Shown here: positions 39,374 through 49,107 of the stretch, piece after piece
How the letters are laid out: each line of letters starts with the position of its first letter
How positions within the stretch are numbered: position 1 is the first letter of the stretch
IMG/VR virus record: IMGVR_UViG_3300050034_000187
Span: 71,866-135,865 of that record
Reading direction: 5' to 3' (one strand)
Source of the DNA: a virus
Length of the DNA: 64,000 nt
Notes under the pieces: model-generated
Database searches by the model: none
What the model saw: the letters and a program-made list of their open reading frames with translations, nothing else
Told to the model about the DNA's origin: nothing
Translations under genes and position numbers: made by a program

Positions 39374-39685
39374 CTACCAATACATAGCATCAAAATCAGC
39401 ATCACTTAATCTTCCGCGATTTTTTGATCCATAAGTATCCGTTTGACTATGACAATTAGGACAAAGAAATCTCAGATTTTCCGGAGAGTTATTCAAAAAA
39501 TCCCCATCAATATGATCTATTTGTAATAATAAGTTATTACTATTCCATTCGCAGGAACATCCGCAAATACCACACTGATAAGGAAATCCATATTCAAACA
39601 TTGCTCTTCTTAATAATGCAGTATTTGTTCTAGATTTCCTTCTTCCATTTACCAAAATATCTTCGTAACACAATCTCTTAAACAT
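39374..39685 (-). CDS. HNH endonuclease
   Basis: CGICG; LQIDHIDGD..NN..ENLRFLCPNCHSQT. Confidence 0.9.
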   Translation of the reverse strand: MFKRLCYEDILVNGRRKSRTNTALLRRAMFEYGFPYQCGICGCSCEWNSNNLLLQIDHIDGDFLNNSPENLRFLCPNCHSQTDTYGSKNRGRLSDADFDAMYW

Positions 39686-39689
39686 AAAA

Positions 39690-40478
39690 CTATTTATAAT
39701 TAATTATTTCTTGTAAAAACTGTGAATCTTCTTGCACCAAATAACTTTCTCCATTTGTCCAGACTTCATTATCATCAAAATCATTATTTAAAATAGTACT
39801 TATAGTTCCAATTTTAAACCCGGCTTGAGTTGGATTATATAACTCGGATATGAATTTTAACACATCTCCATTACAATTATTCCATGCTGTAGGAGCAGCT
39901 TCCACCGGATCATCAAATTGGGACTCTTCATTAGATAATTCATTTGCAAAGTGTTCTCTCATCCATCTATCTATATATCTTTTCTTTAATTCTAAAATAA
40001 ATTCTGCAAAATTATTATCTGGTAAATGATATTTATCAAATATTTTATTTAGTTTTACAATGTGAATATTATATAGTTTTGTTCCCCATATATCATTGTC
40101 AGGGCAAATTCCCCATTTGTTTCCATTCACAGGGAGAACAACATAACTATAGCCTCCCCCATAACCTCGTGCATACTCACAATTTGTAGAGCAAATTATA
40201 GATTGACTTCTTTTTGGAAACATACTCCATTCCGGTAGACTATCAATGATCATTGTATAATAATTACTTGTATTTGCAGACCTTCTAATAAATTTTGATG
40301 GCTCAACATGCACAATATCCGAATCTATGGACCGAATACCTCTGTATATAAATTTATTCTGCTTTGCTAAAAGCACTGCTTCAGAACAATTAGTAACTAT
40401 GTTCTTGATAGTATTATTTGTTAACTTTACTGGATTTTCCCGAGTAGTTTTATATTTAACGATTTCATTAATTTTCAT
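39690..40478 (-). CDS. putative R-S-E ART-fold protein (paralog family), MKINEI start
   Basis: IYRG, RRSANTSNYYT, PKRSQSIICST, EVW. Confidence 0.6.
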   Translation of the reverse strand: MKINEIVKYKTTRENPVKLTNNTIKNIVTNCSEAVLLAKQNKFIYRGIRSIDSDIVHVEPSKFIRRSANTSNYYTMIIDSLPEWSMFPKRSQSIICSTNCEYARGYGGGYSYVVLPVNGNKWGICPDNDIWGTKLYNIHIVKLNKIFDKYHLPDNNFAEFILELKKRYIDRWMREHFANELSNEESQFDDPVEAAPTAWNNCNGDVLKFISELYNPTQAGFKIGTISTILNNDFDDNEVWTNGESYLVQEDSQFLQEIINYK

Positions 40479-41226
40479 ATTTTCCACCTGTCAATGTATT
40501 AAACAACGGAGTGTTCCCTCTAATCAAATATGATTTAGAATTTGTCCAGACTTCACTATCCTTTCTTCCTTCCAATGAGTTTATGCTTCCATGAGAATAT
40601 CCCCACGCAACTGGATTATATAGTTGCTTAACAAATTCCAATGGGTTATCTTTATATTTCAACATCATATTACTTAATTGAATATAATATCTCCCATGCA
40701 CATATTCTAATATCTCACCAAAATTATTTGTATAATCATTAATGAAAGCCGATAGATTATCTTCAGATAATTTACACCTTTTCCATATTCCATTTAACTC
40801 GTATATGCACAAATTATCAATATATTTTGAATTTTGAAAATCAGTAAATGAACTTATGCCAAAATTAGCATTATCAAATGGTAATACCAAATATAAACTG
40901 TTAATAGAATCAGCATAATCTATGGCATACCCATAGGAAGTAGAACATATTAATGACTCACTTCTTTTTGGATATGCCTTCCATTCAGGCAGACTATCAA
41001 TCATCATTGTATAATAATTAGAAGTCCATTTTGATTTTCGTTTTTGCAAAGTTGGATCAACTAATAATACTTTATCGGTTATGTTGTTCAATCCGCGATA
41101 TACCCGTATATTATGTTGTGCCGCATCAAGTGCTTGCGAACAGTTCACTTTAATTTCATCATAAATATTTTCTGGATTATCCACTGCTAGATTTCTTTTA
41201 TCGCCAATAATCTCATTGATTTTCAT
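40468..41226 (-). CDS. putative R-S-E ART-fold protein (paralog family), MKINEI start
   Basis: VYRG, RKSKWTSNYYT, PKRSESLICSTS, EVW; ATAAATA upstream. Confidence 0.6.
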   Translation of the reverse strand: MKINEIIGDKRNLAVDNPENIYDEIKVNCSQALDAAQHNIRVYRGLNNITDKVLLVDPTLQKRKSKWTSNYYTMMIDSLPEWKAYPKRSESLICSTSYGYAIDYADSINSLYLVLPFDNANFGISSFTDFQNSKYIDNLCIYELNGIWKRCKLSEDNLSAFINDYTNNFGEILEYVHGRYYIQLSNMMLKYKDNPLEFVKQLYNPVAWGYSHGSINSLEGRKDSEVWTNSKSYLIRGNTPLFNTLTGGKYEN

Positions 41227-41249
41227 ATTAGTATTTATGTTTAAGACCG

Positions 41250-43514
41250 CTATGATGTTTCAACGGTCTTAACAAAATGATCAAATGATCCGCATTTTAC
41301 TTTATTAGGATCAGCAGAAGTAACCCATTGTTGGTATACTTGTTGAATCATATCATTGGAAAACATTTGACGATGATTCTTGATATATCCAACAATTTTA
41401 CAATATGGAATATCACGGTGATGCGGGCGAACTTCATCAATTCTCTTTAAAATAGGAGCCATGATATTGTTGTTTTGAACAAACGGAATAATGATAGTTT
41501 CTTTATCTTCTTGATTGCACACTTCAATAACATTTCCCGAAGTATAATAGAAAAAATTATAGTCGGAAAACTCTTTATTAATACCCGGCATATAATAAAG
41601 CTGAGTAATCTTATAAGATGATTCATCAATTTCAAAAATAACTTTACTTTGAGTATCTTTAATAAGAGAATATATCATTTCTCCTACGGCAATTGATACT
41701 TCTCTGTACTGAATAGAATTACTAACAGATTCATTCAATGCAATCATAACTCTCATCTTGTTTATGCCATCTTTTTTATGATTAAATGATGAGCATACAA
41801 TTGATTCAAGATTTGCATCATGTAAAATACTTGCTACTTTTTTCGGTTCAATATTAGAATTGTCAATATCCAATACAACCATTGGATTATATTGGATAAT
41901 ATCTTTATTGGTTCTTCCATTTGCTTTTGCATTCATGAATAGGAGTGCTTCATTCTTGGAAGTGTAAGTACGATTCATACTTTCGAAAAACTCTGCCATC
42001 TCTTTAAATGAAGTAAATGAATAATCATTTTCTGCTAGTTTGCTTGATACTTTTGAATAAAATGAAAATACAATATTCTCTTCAGACGCAGGATTATTTA
42101 CAAAATACTTTTTAATATTCTTTCTTACTCTTGACCGAATAGACAACTGTGCATTGGTAAGAACTTCCTTATTCTTCAGAAAATCATTATATAAAACGTT
42201 TTTTGTAGTCATCTGTTGAACAGAGGCATTGGGAAAAAAGTTATTTTTTAATTCGGTTGCTATCTTTTCGGTGGGAACAAAAATACGATGAAGAAATTTA
42301 TTTGCATTTTCTGTTCGAGCAGATGAACGCATGAATCCCTGATAGTTATGAAGAACCATTCGACGTAGTTGTAATTTATCTGCATGCGGAATATGTTCAA
42401 TTTGCATAATAGAAAGTCTTTCAGGAGTAAAATTATATGCGCCGCATTCCGAATAATTATGAACCTGAGTAAACTTTTCCTTATTCAATCCCTCTGCATT
42501 ATATGGAAGTTGTACTCTTTTCAATTCAGGTATCCAAGTATTGTTCTTATTGTTTTGAACTAAAATTGAATCTTCCCTATTATTCTCTTTTACCAAAGCC
42601 ATATATACATCTAAATTAGACATGGCATTATTATATGACTGCTTATAATAACTTACTGACCATGTATCTCGATGAGAAGCATAATTAATTTCTACTTTTA
42701 AATTATGCTTCTGATTAGAATTATGAGAAGATGGAACTAAATCAAAACCGGCTTGAATTAACATACTGGACATTTGAGAATTCTCAATATCGGCTCCCAT
42801 AATGGTTACACTTTTAAATTTAGTAAACATAGCCATATCAAAAATAGCCCACAGATATAATTTCTTACTTTCCTTATTCATAAAAGTATTCCAATATTCT
42901 TGGGTAGTTTTAATTCTAAAATTCTTTTTTGAAATATACGAATTCAAAGACTTAAATGCTCCGTAAAGGGCATCATCATTGGACCACACTTCTAAATCTT
43001 GCCATGAAACCTCTTTATTAGGTCTAAAATATACAAAGGGAGACTCTTGATTATTAACTTCCATCACATCTTTCAAATAAGTAATAGCAAAATCTTGTGA
43101 TCCTAAATTTCTCGGATCATTAAATTGTAATGTTAAATCATATAAAAACTCCATCTCTTCATCAATATATAAATTCCATTCATTTGAAAACTGCCAGTAT
43201 GTATTTAAAGTAAATAATGACTGGGTAATAATTAGAATTTGAGCACCATTGTGCGATTCCAAATGATTTCTTAAATCAATGGATGCAGAGGTAGATTGTA
43301 GATTGGTAGTATTAATAGCATATACATCCACTTTAATTTTTTTAGAATGACAAAAATCATTAATTCTACTTACATATTCTTTTTGCAAGTCAATTGAAGG
43401 GACAACAAATGCATACTTTTCTTTAGATAATGATGCACCGATACAAGCTTGTTTAATTGCAAATGCAGTTTTTCCAGAACCGCAAAGACCGTTCATATAA
43501 TTAATTGTTTTCAT
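41250..43514 (-). CDS. helicase-like P-loop domain fused to a primase-like C-terminal domain
   Basis: GLCGSGKT, YIDEE, QGFMRSSAR; C-terminal VVLDID, SFNH, MRVMIAL, YYMP. Confidence 0.6.
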   Translation of the reverse strand: MKTINYMNGLCGSGKTAFAIKQACIGASLSKEKYAFVVPSIDLQKEYVSRINDFCHSKKIKVDVYAINTTNLQSTSASIDLRNHLESHNGAQILIITQSLFTLNTYWQFSNEWNLYIDEEMEFLYDLTLQFNDPRNLGSQDFAITYLKDVMEVNNQESPFVYFRPNKEVSWQDLEVWSNDDALYGAFKSLNSYISKKNFRIKTTQEYWNTFMNKESKKLYLWAIFDMAMFTKFKSVTIMGADIENSQMSSMLIQAGFDLVPSSHNSNQKHNLKVEINYASHRDTWSVSYYKQSYNNAMSNLDVYMALVKENNREDSILVQNNKNNTWIPELKRVQLPYNAEGLNKEKFTQVHNYSECGAYNFTPERLSIMQIEHIPHADKLQLRRMVLHNYQGFMRSSARTENANKFLHRIFVPTEKIATELKNNFFPNASVQQMTTKNVLYNDFLKNKEVLTNAQLSIRSRVRKNIKKYFVNNPASEENIVFSFYSKVSSKLAENDYSFTSFKEMAEFFESMNRTYTSKNEALLFMNAKANGRTNKDIIQYNPMVVLDIDNSNIEPKKVASILHDANLESIVCSSFNHKKDGINKMRVMIALNESVSNSIQYREVSIAVGEMIYSLIKDTQSKVIFEIDESSYKITQLYYMPGINKEFSDYNFFYYTSGNVIEVCNQEDKETIIIPFVQNNNIMAPILKRIDEVRPHHRDIPYCKIVGYIKNHRQMFSNDMIQQVYQQWVTSADPNKVKCGSFDHFVKTVETS

Positions 43515-43718
43515 TAATTTCCTTTTGTGAATATTATCCTTATATTTAGAGGGCCACTACAGCCCTCTCTTCAAAGGAATAATGATTCATTGAATAGCAA
43601 GTTCAATGAGATACTTTTCATATCTGTAAACAAGTTTATCAAAGAAAAAATGTCATTTCAAATTTTCTTTATTGACAATGCTAGAGTATTTTGGTATATT
43701 CAATTAACAGGAGTAATA

Positions 43719-43994
43719 ATGAATATTCCCTATGATAAAAATAATAATATAATTCATGTGGGGGATTGGATTAAGACGAGAACCTTTGCATCTATATTAG
43801 GTCCAGATTCTAATCCAATTCTAGAAAGTGATTATATTATAACTCAAGTAATAGATATTATATTTAACGAATATATTTCAAAAACTGTGGTATATTTTGA
43901 TAATTTATTAGAAGCTTATGATGGAGCAAGAATATCAACTGCATGCGAAGTAATATCCAAAGAAGAAGCAATGCAATGGAAAATGGAAGCATGA
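43719..43994 (+). CDS. C-terminal-tag family protein (ISKEEAMQWKMEA)
   Basis: promoter TTGACA-17-TATATT at ~43672, RBS GGAG, YDKNNNIIHVGD. Confidence 0.75.
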   Translation: MNIPYDKNNNIIHVGDWIKTRTFASILGPDSNPILESDYIITQVIDIIFNEYISKTVVYFDNLLEAYDGARISTACEVISKEEAMQWKMEA

Positions 43995-44142
43995 CAGGAA
44001 ACCCGTAAAGATCTATACGAAAAACATGTCGGTCCTAGTTGTCTATAATAATTTACTACACAAGATATAGTGCTTTTAATATAACCAACCCATAATCTTT
44101 TTATATGATATTCGTCCAAAAAATAATTAATTAGGAGAAAGT

Positions 44143-44385
44143 ATGAATGTGATTAAAGATATGAATAGAGTAGAAATTCATATAGGAGATTATTTATGTA
44201 ATTTTGATGCATATTGTGCATATTGTGCATATGTAAAAGATATCGAGGAAGAGGATGACGGAATTCTGCTGCACACTAATTTAAGTTATGTAATATTATA
44301 TGCATGGAAATATAACAATTATGAATTAAAAAATACTATCAAAATATCTGAAGAAGAATATTTGCAATATGTGATGGAGAAATAA
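44143..44385 (+). CDS. C-terminal-tag family protein (ISEEEYLQYVMEK)
   Basis: DMNRVEIHIGD; tag. Confidence 0.78.
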   Translation: MNVIKDMNRVEIHIGDYLCNFDAYCAYCAYVKDIEEEDDGILLHTNLSYVILYAWKYNNYELKNTIKISEEEYLQYVMEK

Positions 44386-44387
44386 CT

Positions 44388-44651
44388 ATGCGCAAAGTAT
44401 ATGATGTCAAGGGAGAAGAAATTCATATTGGTGATTATTTTTGGCAAGTTCTTAATTGTTTAACTCAGGAGCATGATATGTATGTCTACAAACTCCTTGA
44501 CTGGAAAAATGCCGCGATTGACGGAGAGTATCAACTTCGTTATGTTGGTAAAGTAAATGGAAATGATATCACATTATCATGCACACTAAGTTGGACAGAT
44601 ATTTTAAAATTATCAGAAGAAGAAACCTTGCAATATGTGATGGAGTTATAA
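44388..44651 (+). CDS. C-terminal-tag family protein (LSEEETLQYVMEL)
   Basis: YDVKGEEIHIGD; tag. Confidence 0.78.
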   Translation: MRKVYDVKGEEIHIGDYFWQVLNCLTQEHDMYVYKLLDWKNAAIDGEYQLRYVGKVNGNDITLSCTLSWTDILKLSEEETLQYVMEL

Positions 44652-44653
44652 TT

Positions 44654-44896
44654 ATGAGAAACGTATATGACAAAAATGGTGTTGAAATTCATAATGGAGA
44701 TTTTCTTTTATATTCTTATAAATTAGAGAGTGCGGTATATGCTGTGGTAGAAATGAGAATGATTAATTCTAGCAGCATATGCGTTGCCAACAATGATTAT
44801 CAAGGATTGTATGCGGTTTTATGTAATAATTATAATCTTGAAAATACTTGTAAAATAAGTGAAGAAGAATATTTACAATACTTAATGGAGGAATGA
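44654..44896 (+). CDS. C-terminal-tag family protein (ISEEEYLQYLMEE)
   Basis: YDKNGVEIHNGD; tag. Confidence 0.78.
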   Translation: MRNVYDKNGVEIHNGDFLLYSYKLESAVYAVVEMRMINSSSICVANNDYQGLYAVLCNNYNLENTCKISEEEYLQYLMEE

Positions 44897-45156
44897 TAAT
44901 GATTAAAGTATATGATAAATCTGGTGATGAAATCAATAATGGTGATTTTCTGATATGCAAAGATAAAGGCGGCGAAGAATATTTTGCAGTCACCGATATA
45001 CAGGAACCAAAAGCCATTGATGGAAGTATTTTGATTTCTAAAAATGATTTATATAGTTTGAATGCAATTCCTTCAGAAACTTCAGAAAATTATAAATTAC
45101 GAACTACATATAAAATAAGTGAAGACGAATATCTGCAATATATTATGGAGAAATAA
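44893..45156 (+). CDS. C-terminal-tag family protein (ISEDEYLQYIMEK)
   Basis: YDKSGDEINNGD; tag. Confidence 0.78.
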   Translation: MIMIKVYDKSGDEINNGDFLICKDKGGEEYFAVTDIQEPKAIDGSILISKNDLYSLNAIPSETSENYKLRTTYKISEDEYLQYIMEK

Positions 45157-45352
45157 CTATGCGCAAAATATATGATAAATCTGGCAGATGATGGTACTAA
45201 GTATTTTTTGGATTCTGAGAATGTTGCGGTGATCACGGCGGACGAGTATTATGAAAATGTAGCTTCCTTGCAAAAGGTGGCAACATTTTAATATAATTTT
45301 CTTGCGTTTTCAACAACAATGTTGTATAATTATTTTATTGATTGGAGAGAAC

Positions 45353-45553
45353 ATGACGATTCATCGGATGACGCAGCTTACCACGGTTTATGATTATTTC
45401 AAGACGAAGGCAGAACGTATTCATAAGACTGCCTATAATCAGAGGATGATTGGAAATGTTGGCTTTGCAGATGAACGCGAATCTCGTGCCAATCGCTATG
45501 ATAGGATTGCCGGAAAGATTCTTCATCGTCTTGAGACTGATATTGTAGAATAA
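45353..45553 (+). CDS. hypothetical protein
   Basis: promoter TTGCGT-17-TATAAT at 45302; RBS GGAG. Confidence 0.6.
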   Translation: MTIHRMTQLTTVYDYFKTKAERIHKTAYNQRMIGNVGFADERESRANRYDRIAGKILHRLETDIVE

Positions 45554-45616
45554 TATCAGTTGACATCACCAGAATTTTTTGGTATTATTAAATAGTAATC
45601 AAGAAAAGGAGTAATT

Positions 45617-46810
45617 ATGAAATTCAGAGTTTTTAATGATGTGCCGAAAGAGCAAGAAAAAGAGGTCACATTCGCGCAAAAAAACTTGACAGGCTTCCCG
45701 CCATTAACAGGCATCGAAACGTTCTGCGGTGCTGGGGGAATGTCTTTGGGATTGATTCGTGCCGGGGTCGATGTGCGCTTGGCGTTCGATCTAAACCCCA
45801 AGGCCGTTGAAACCTACAACCGCAACATTGCCAATCACTGCCGGGTTATGGATGCCCGCAACGTTACAGGCAGTCAACTCTTAGAGTTGGCGGGGCTTTC
45901 TAGCGTTGGGGTAGATGTAATCAGCGGTGGGCCACCATGCCAAGGCTTCTCCAAGCAAAAGCGAGGGGCGCACCTTCTTTCGGATAAACGCAATTCTCTA
46001 GTTCTTGAGTTTGCTCGGATCGTTGAAGAAACCCATGCACGAGCATTCATCTTCGAGAACGTCGAAATTTTCGGACAAAAGCGCGGTGGCGAACTCATTG
46101 ATGAGATTCGCCATACACTTGCTAACTATCAGATTTACACCTACTTTGTTTCCTCGTCAGATTTCGGGCTTGCCCAAAAGCGCGGTAGATTTCTGATGAT
46201 CGGAATCGACCGGGCGGAAAGTGACATTATTCCAGTCCTTGAGGTTACAAACAAGATGAGGACGGTTAGAGATGTCATAGGCAATCTTCCGGCCCCGCCA
46301 GCCGACTACACAGAGCACCCTCTCTACCCTAACCACATGAAATGTAAGATTACGAAGCTCAACGAAGAGCGTTTTTCTCATGTCCCGCCCGGGGGTGGTT
46401 GGCAGGATATACCTCAGTCTTTGCGCCTTCCTTGCCATCAAAACGCAGACATTAAGAGTGGCGGGTGGCCCGATGTCTATGGCCGTTTGGTTTGGGATGG
46501 GCAATGCCCCACGATTACGGCGGGGTTTGACAGTTTCACACGAGGTCGCTACGGACACCCGGAACAGAACCGGTCTTTGACCCTTCGTGAGGGCGCGCGC
46601 CTACAGGGATTTCCTGACGATTTTCGCTTTTATGGGACGCGCCATGATGTCCGCCTTCAGATTGGTAATGCTGTTGCGCCTCCCGTGGCGAAAGCGGCGG
46701 CGGAGGCCGTCCAAAGAGCGCTCAATGGGGTGAAGCAACGTCCTGCCTTGTATCAATTGCCAGAGGAAACCCTGATGGAGATCAGCCAGCTTTCTCTTGC
46801 CCGGAAGTGA
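45617..46810 (+). CDS. dcm: DNA (cytosine-5)-methyltransferase
   Basis: FCGAGG, GGPPCQGFS, FENV, QKRGR, RSLTLREGARLQGFPD, QIGNAV; promoter TTGACA-17-TATTAT at 45560. Confidence 0.93.
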   Translation: MKFRVFNDVPKEQEKEVTFAQKNLTGFPPLTGIETFCGAGGMSLGLIRAGVDVRLAFDLNPKAVETYNRNIANHCRVMDARNVTGSQLLELAGLSSVGVDVISGGPPCQGFSKQKRGAHLLSDKRNSLVLEFARIVEETHARAFIFENVEIFGQKRGGELIDEIRHTLANYQIYTYFVSSSDFGLAQKRGRFLMIGIDRAESDIIPVLEVTNKMRTVRDVIGNLPAPPADYTEHPLYPNHMKCKITKLNEERFSHVPPGGGWQDIPQSLRLPCHQNADIKSGGWPDVYGRLVWDGQCPTITAGFDSFTRGRYGHPEQNRSLTLREGARLQGFPDDFRFYGTRHDVRLQIGNAVAPPVAKAAAEAVQRALNGVKQRPALYQLPEETLMEISQLSLARK

Positions 46811-47091
46811 GCAGTATTTATCGAAAGTCTCTGGGAAATGCTGTCATGGAATTTAACGAAGACATACTTTCGCTTGATGCACCAGCCAATCAAGATTTTC
46901 AGCTTGGTATGAGAGAAGGACAACGAGATGCTGCCAGAATGACACTGAGACAAATCGAACGATTTTACCACAACGTAGCTGAAAGCCCCTAGTTTCAACT
47001 ATGGGGATGAAAGCGGCTTCGTCGTTCCCTTCTTTTTGTGATATTTCTTTAATTTGTTGTACTATATAGCTAACTGTGATATACTACATAT

Positions 47092-47508
47092 ATGAATATT
47101 AAATATAAGTCTAACAACAATATTGTCTATTCCTGCAAATATCATGTAGTCTGGTGTCCTAAGTATCGTAGGAAGGTTTTGACTGGCAAAATTGAAGTTC
47201 GTTTGAAAGAATTAATACAAGAAACATGTATTGAACTTCAATCAGAATTAATTGAACTAGAAATAATGTCAGACCATGTACATCTTCTTATAGAGGTTGA
47301 TCCTCAATTTGGAGTCCATAAAGTCATTAAAGTCATTAAAGCCATTAAAGGTAAAACATCAAGAATACTCAGAAAGGAGTTTCCAATACTAACATCCAAA
47401 ATTCCTACATTATGGACAAACTCATATTTTATATCTACCGTTGGTGGTGCGCCATTAGAAATAGTTAAGCAATATATTGAGAATCAGAAAACATCAGGAA
47501 GGAAGTGA
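47092..47508 (+). CDS. tnpA: IS200-type Y1 HUH transposase
   Basis: YHVVWCPKYRR, DHVHLL (HUH), LWTNSYF, YIENQ. Confidence 0.95.
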   Translation: MNIKYKSNNNIVYSCKYHVVWCPKYRRKVLTGKIEVRLKELIQETCIELQSELIELEIMSDHVHLLIEVDPQFGVHKVIKVIKAIKGKTSRILRKEFPILTSKIPTLWTNSYFISTVGGAPLEIVKQYIENQKTSGRK

Positions 47509-47512
47509 TAAT

Positions 47513-48610
47513 ATGCAGATAACAACACAAGTCAAACTACTTCCAACTCCCGAACAAATACTCTTGATTAATAGCACCATGCAAGAGTATATCAGTACTG
47601 CCAACAACATAGTTAATGATTATGTTGTTGGTGACAAAGGAACAAAGCATACATCTAAAACCGTTATTGCTAACTTGCCAAGTGCCTTGAAGAACCAAGC
47701 CATTCAAGATGCTAAAAGTATTTTCAAGAAGTACACTAAGAAGCTGAAAGCTAATGAAAAGAAAGAAACTGACAAACAAAAAATCATCAAAGTTCCAATT
47801 CTCAAAAAGCCTATAGCCGTATGGAATAATCAGAACTATGCTATCAAATTTAGCTATATAACCTTTCCTGTTTGGCTTAATGGCAAGTCCACTAGAATTT
47901 TAGTTAAAGCCGTCATAACAGACCATCAAGCGAATCTAATAACCAATAAACTAGGCACTCTACGAATAACTAAAAAGTTAGGGAAGTATATTGCCCAAAT
48001 TGCCGTTGAAGTTGAACCAATACTATCTACTGGAACTATCGCTATGGGAATAGACTTAGGCTTGAAGATACCTGCTGTAGCGGTAACTGAGAGCGGTAAG
48101 ACTAAATTCATTGGCAATGGTCGGCAGAATAAATACATGAAACGTAAAAATCGTGCTACTCGTAAAAAACTAGGCAAGTTGAAGAAACAAAAAGCAATCA
48201 ACAAACTAGATAACAAAGAACAACGATGGATGCAAGATGCCGACCATAAAGTAAGTCGTCAATTGGTCAATTTCGCAGTAACTAATAATGTTGCAGTAAT
48301 TCGACTAGAAAAACTATCTGGCATACGTCAGACGGCAAGAACAAGCCGTAAAAACGCAAAGAATCTTCACACATGGTCATTCTACCGATTAGCTAATTTT
48401 ATCGAATATAAGGCAATTTTAGAGGGTATTAAGGTTGAATATGTCAATCCTAAATATACTAGTCAGACCTGTCCTGCCTGTGGTGAAAAAAATAAGGCTA
48501 ATGATAGAAAGTATAAGTGTGGATGCGGTTATAAGAAACACCGCGACATGGTGGGTGCAATCAATATCATTTCTGCACCTGTGGTAGATGGTAAAAGTCT
48601 ATCAGCCTAG
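47513..48610 (+). CDS. tnpB: TnpB RNA-guided nuclease
   Basis: RuvC-I GIDLG, RuvC-II LEKL, TSQTCPACG..CGC, RuvC-III RDMVGA.NI. Confidence 0.93.
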   Translation: MQITTQVKLLPTPEQILLINSTMQEYISTANNIVNDYVVGDKGTKHTSKTVIANLPSALKNQAIQDAKSIFKKYTKKLKANEKKETDKQKIIKVPILKKPIAVWNNQNYAIKFSYITFPVWLNGKSTRILVKAVITDHQANLITNKLGTLRITKKLGKYIAQIAVEVEPILSTGTIAMGIDLGLKIPAVAVTESGKTKFIGNGRQNKYMKRKNRATRKKLGKLKKQKAINKLDNKEQRWMQDADHKVSRQLVNFAVTNNVAVIRLEKLSGIRQTARTSRKNAKNLHTWSFYRLANFIEYKAILEGIKVEYVNPKYTSQTCPACGEKNKANDRKYKCGCGYKKHRDMVGAINIISAPVVDGKSLSA

Positions 48611-48768
48611 TCTGCTATATGCACTGGACTAGGAAGGGTAATGGCATACCCTCAACTTGGGTCATACTTGCCTACTGGAAACAGACTGGCATTTAATCAC
48701 CAAGAATCCCCCAGATTCATCTGTGGGGAGTGTCAAACAGAGTTAAATAGTCACTAAGGAGAATAAGC

Positions 48769-49095
48769 ATGAAGAAGATTTTTGATTGGGACGAAGATAT
48801 TCTAGAAAATGAAGAAGATGCGATTGCCCGCGTAATTGAAAGTTTTAGTTGTCCGGGAGGATTGGATGATGCTGAATTGCATTATGCAGTATATGGTATT
48901 GAGGATTACGCTGACGGCTCAGCCGAAGTAGTTTTTGAGCGGGGGGGAAAGTTATTTGCTGTATATGGCAGTCATTGCTCTTGCTACGGTTTGGAAGATC
49001 AATGGGAACCACACGAGACGGATTGGGAAACATTAGCAATGCGTTCTGATGAACTTGGTGCATATGCAAAATTTATGATTTCTAGCAAGAACTAG
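48769..49095 (+). CDS. phage hypothetical protein
   Basis: RBS AAGGAG; GSHCSCYGLE.QWEP motif. Confidence 0.65.
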   Translation: MKKIFDWDEDILENEEDAIARVIESFSCPGGLDDAELHYAVYGIEDYADGSAEVVFERGGKLFAVYGSHCSCYGLEDQWEPHETDWETLAMRSDELGAYAKFMISSKN

Positions 49096-49107
49096 AAAGG
49101 ATATTAT

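Larger units (their letters stand above)
46969..48736 (+). mobile_element. IS200/IS605-family element
   Basis: inserted 3' of TTAC (46965-46968), ends in TCAA (48733-48736); subterminal hairpins CCCCTAG..CTATGGGG and CCCCCAGA..TCTGTGGGG; removing it restores an in-frame ORF end. Confidence 0.88.

Noticed and set aside
45874-46580. Several alternative-frame ORFs inside the methyltransferase
   Set aside because: Expected by-product of higher GC content; no RBS or motifs
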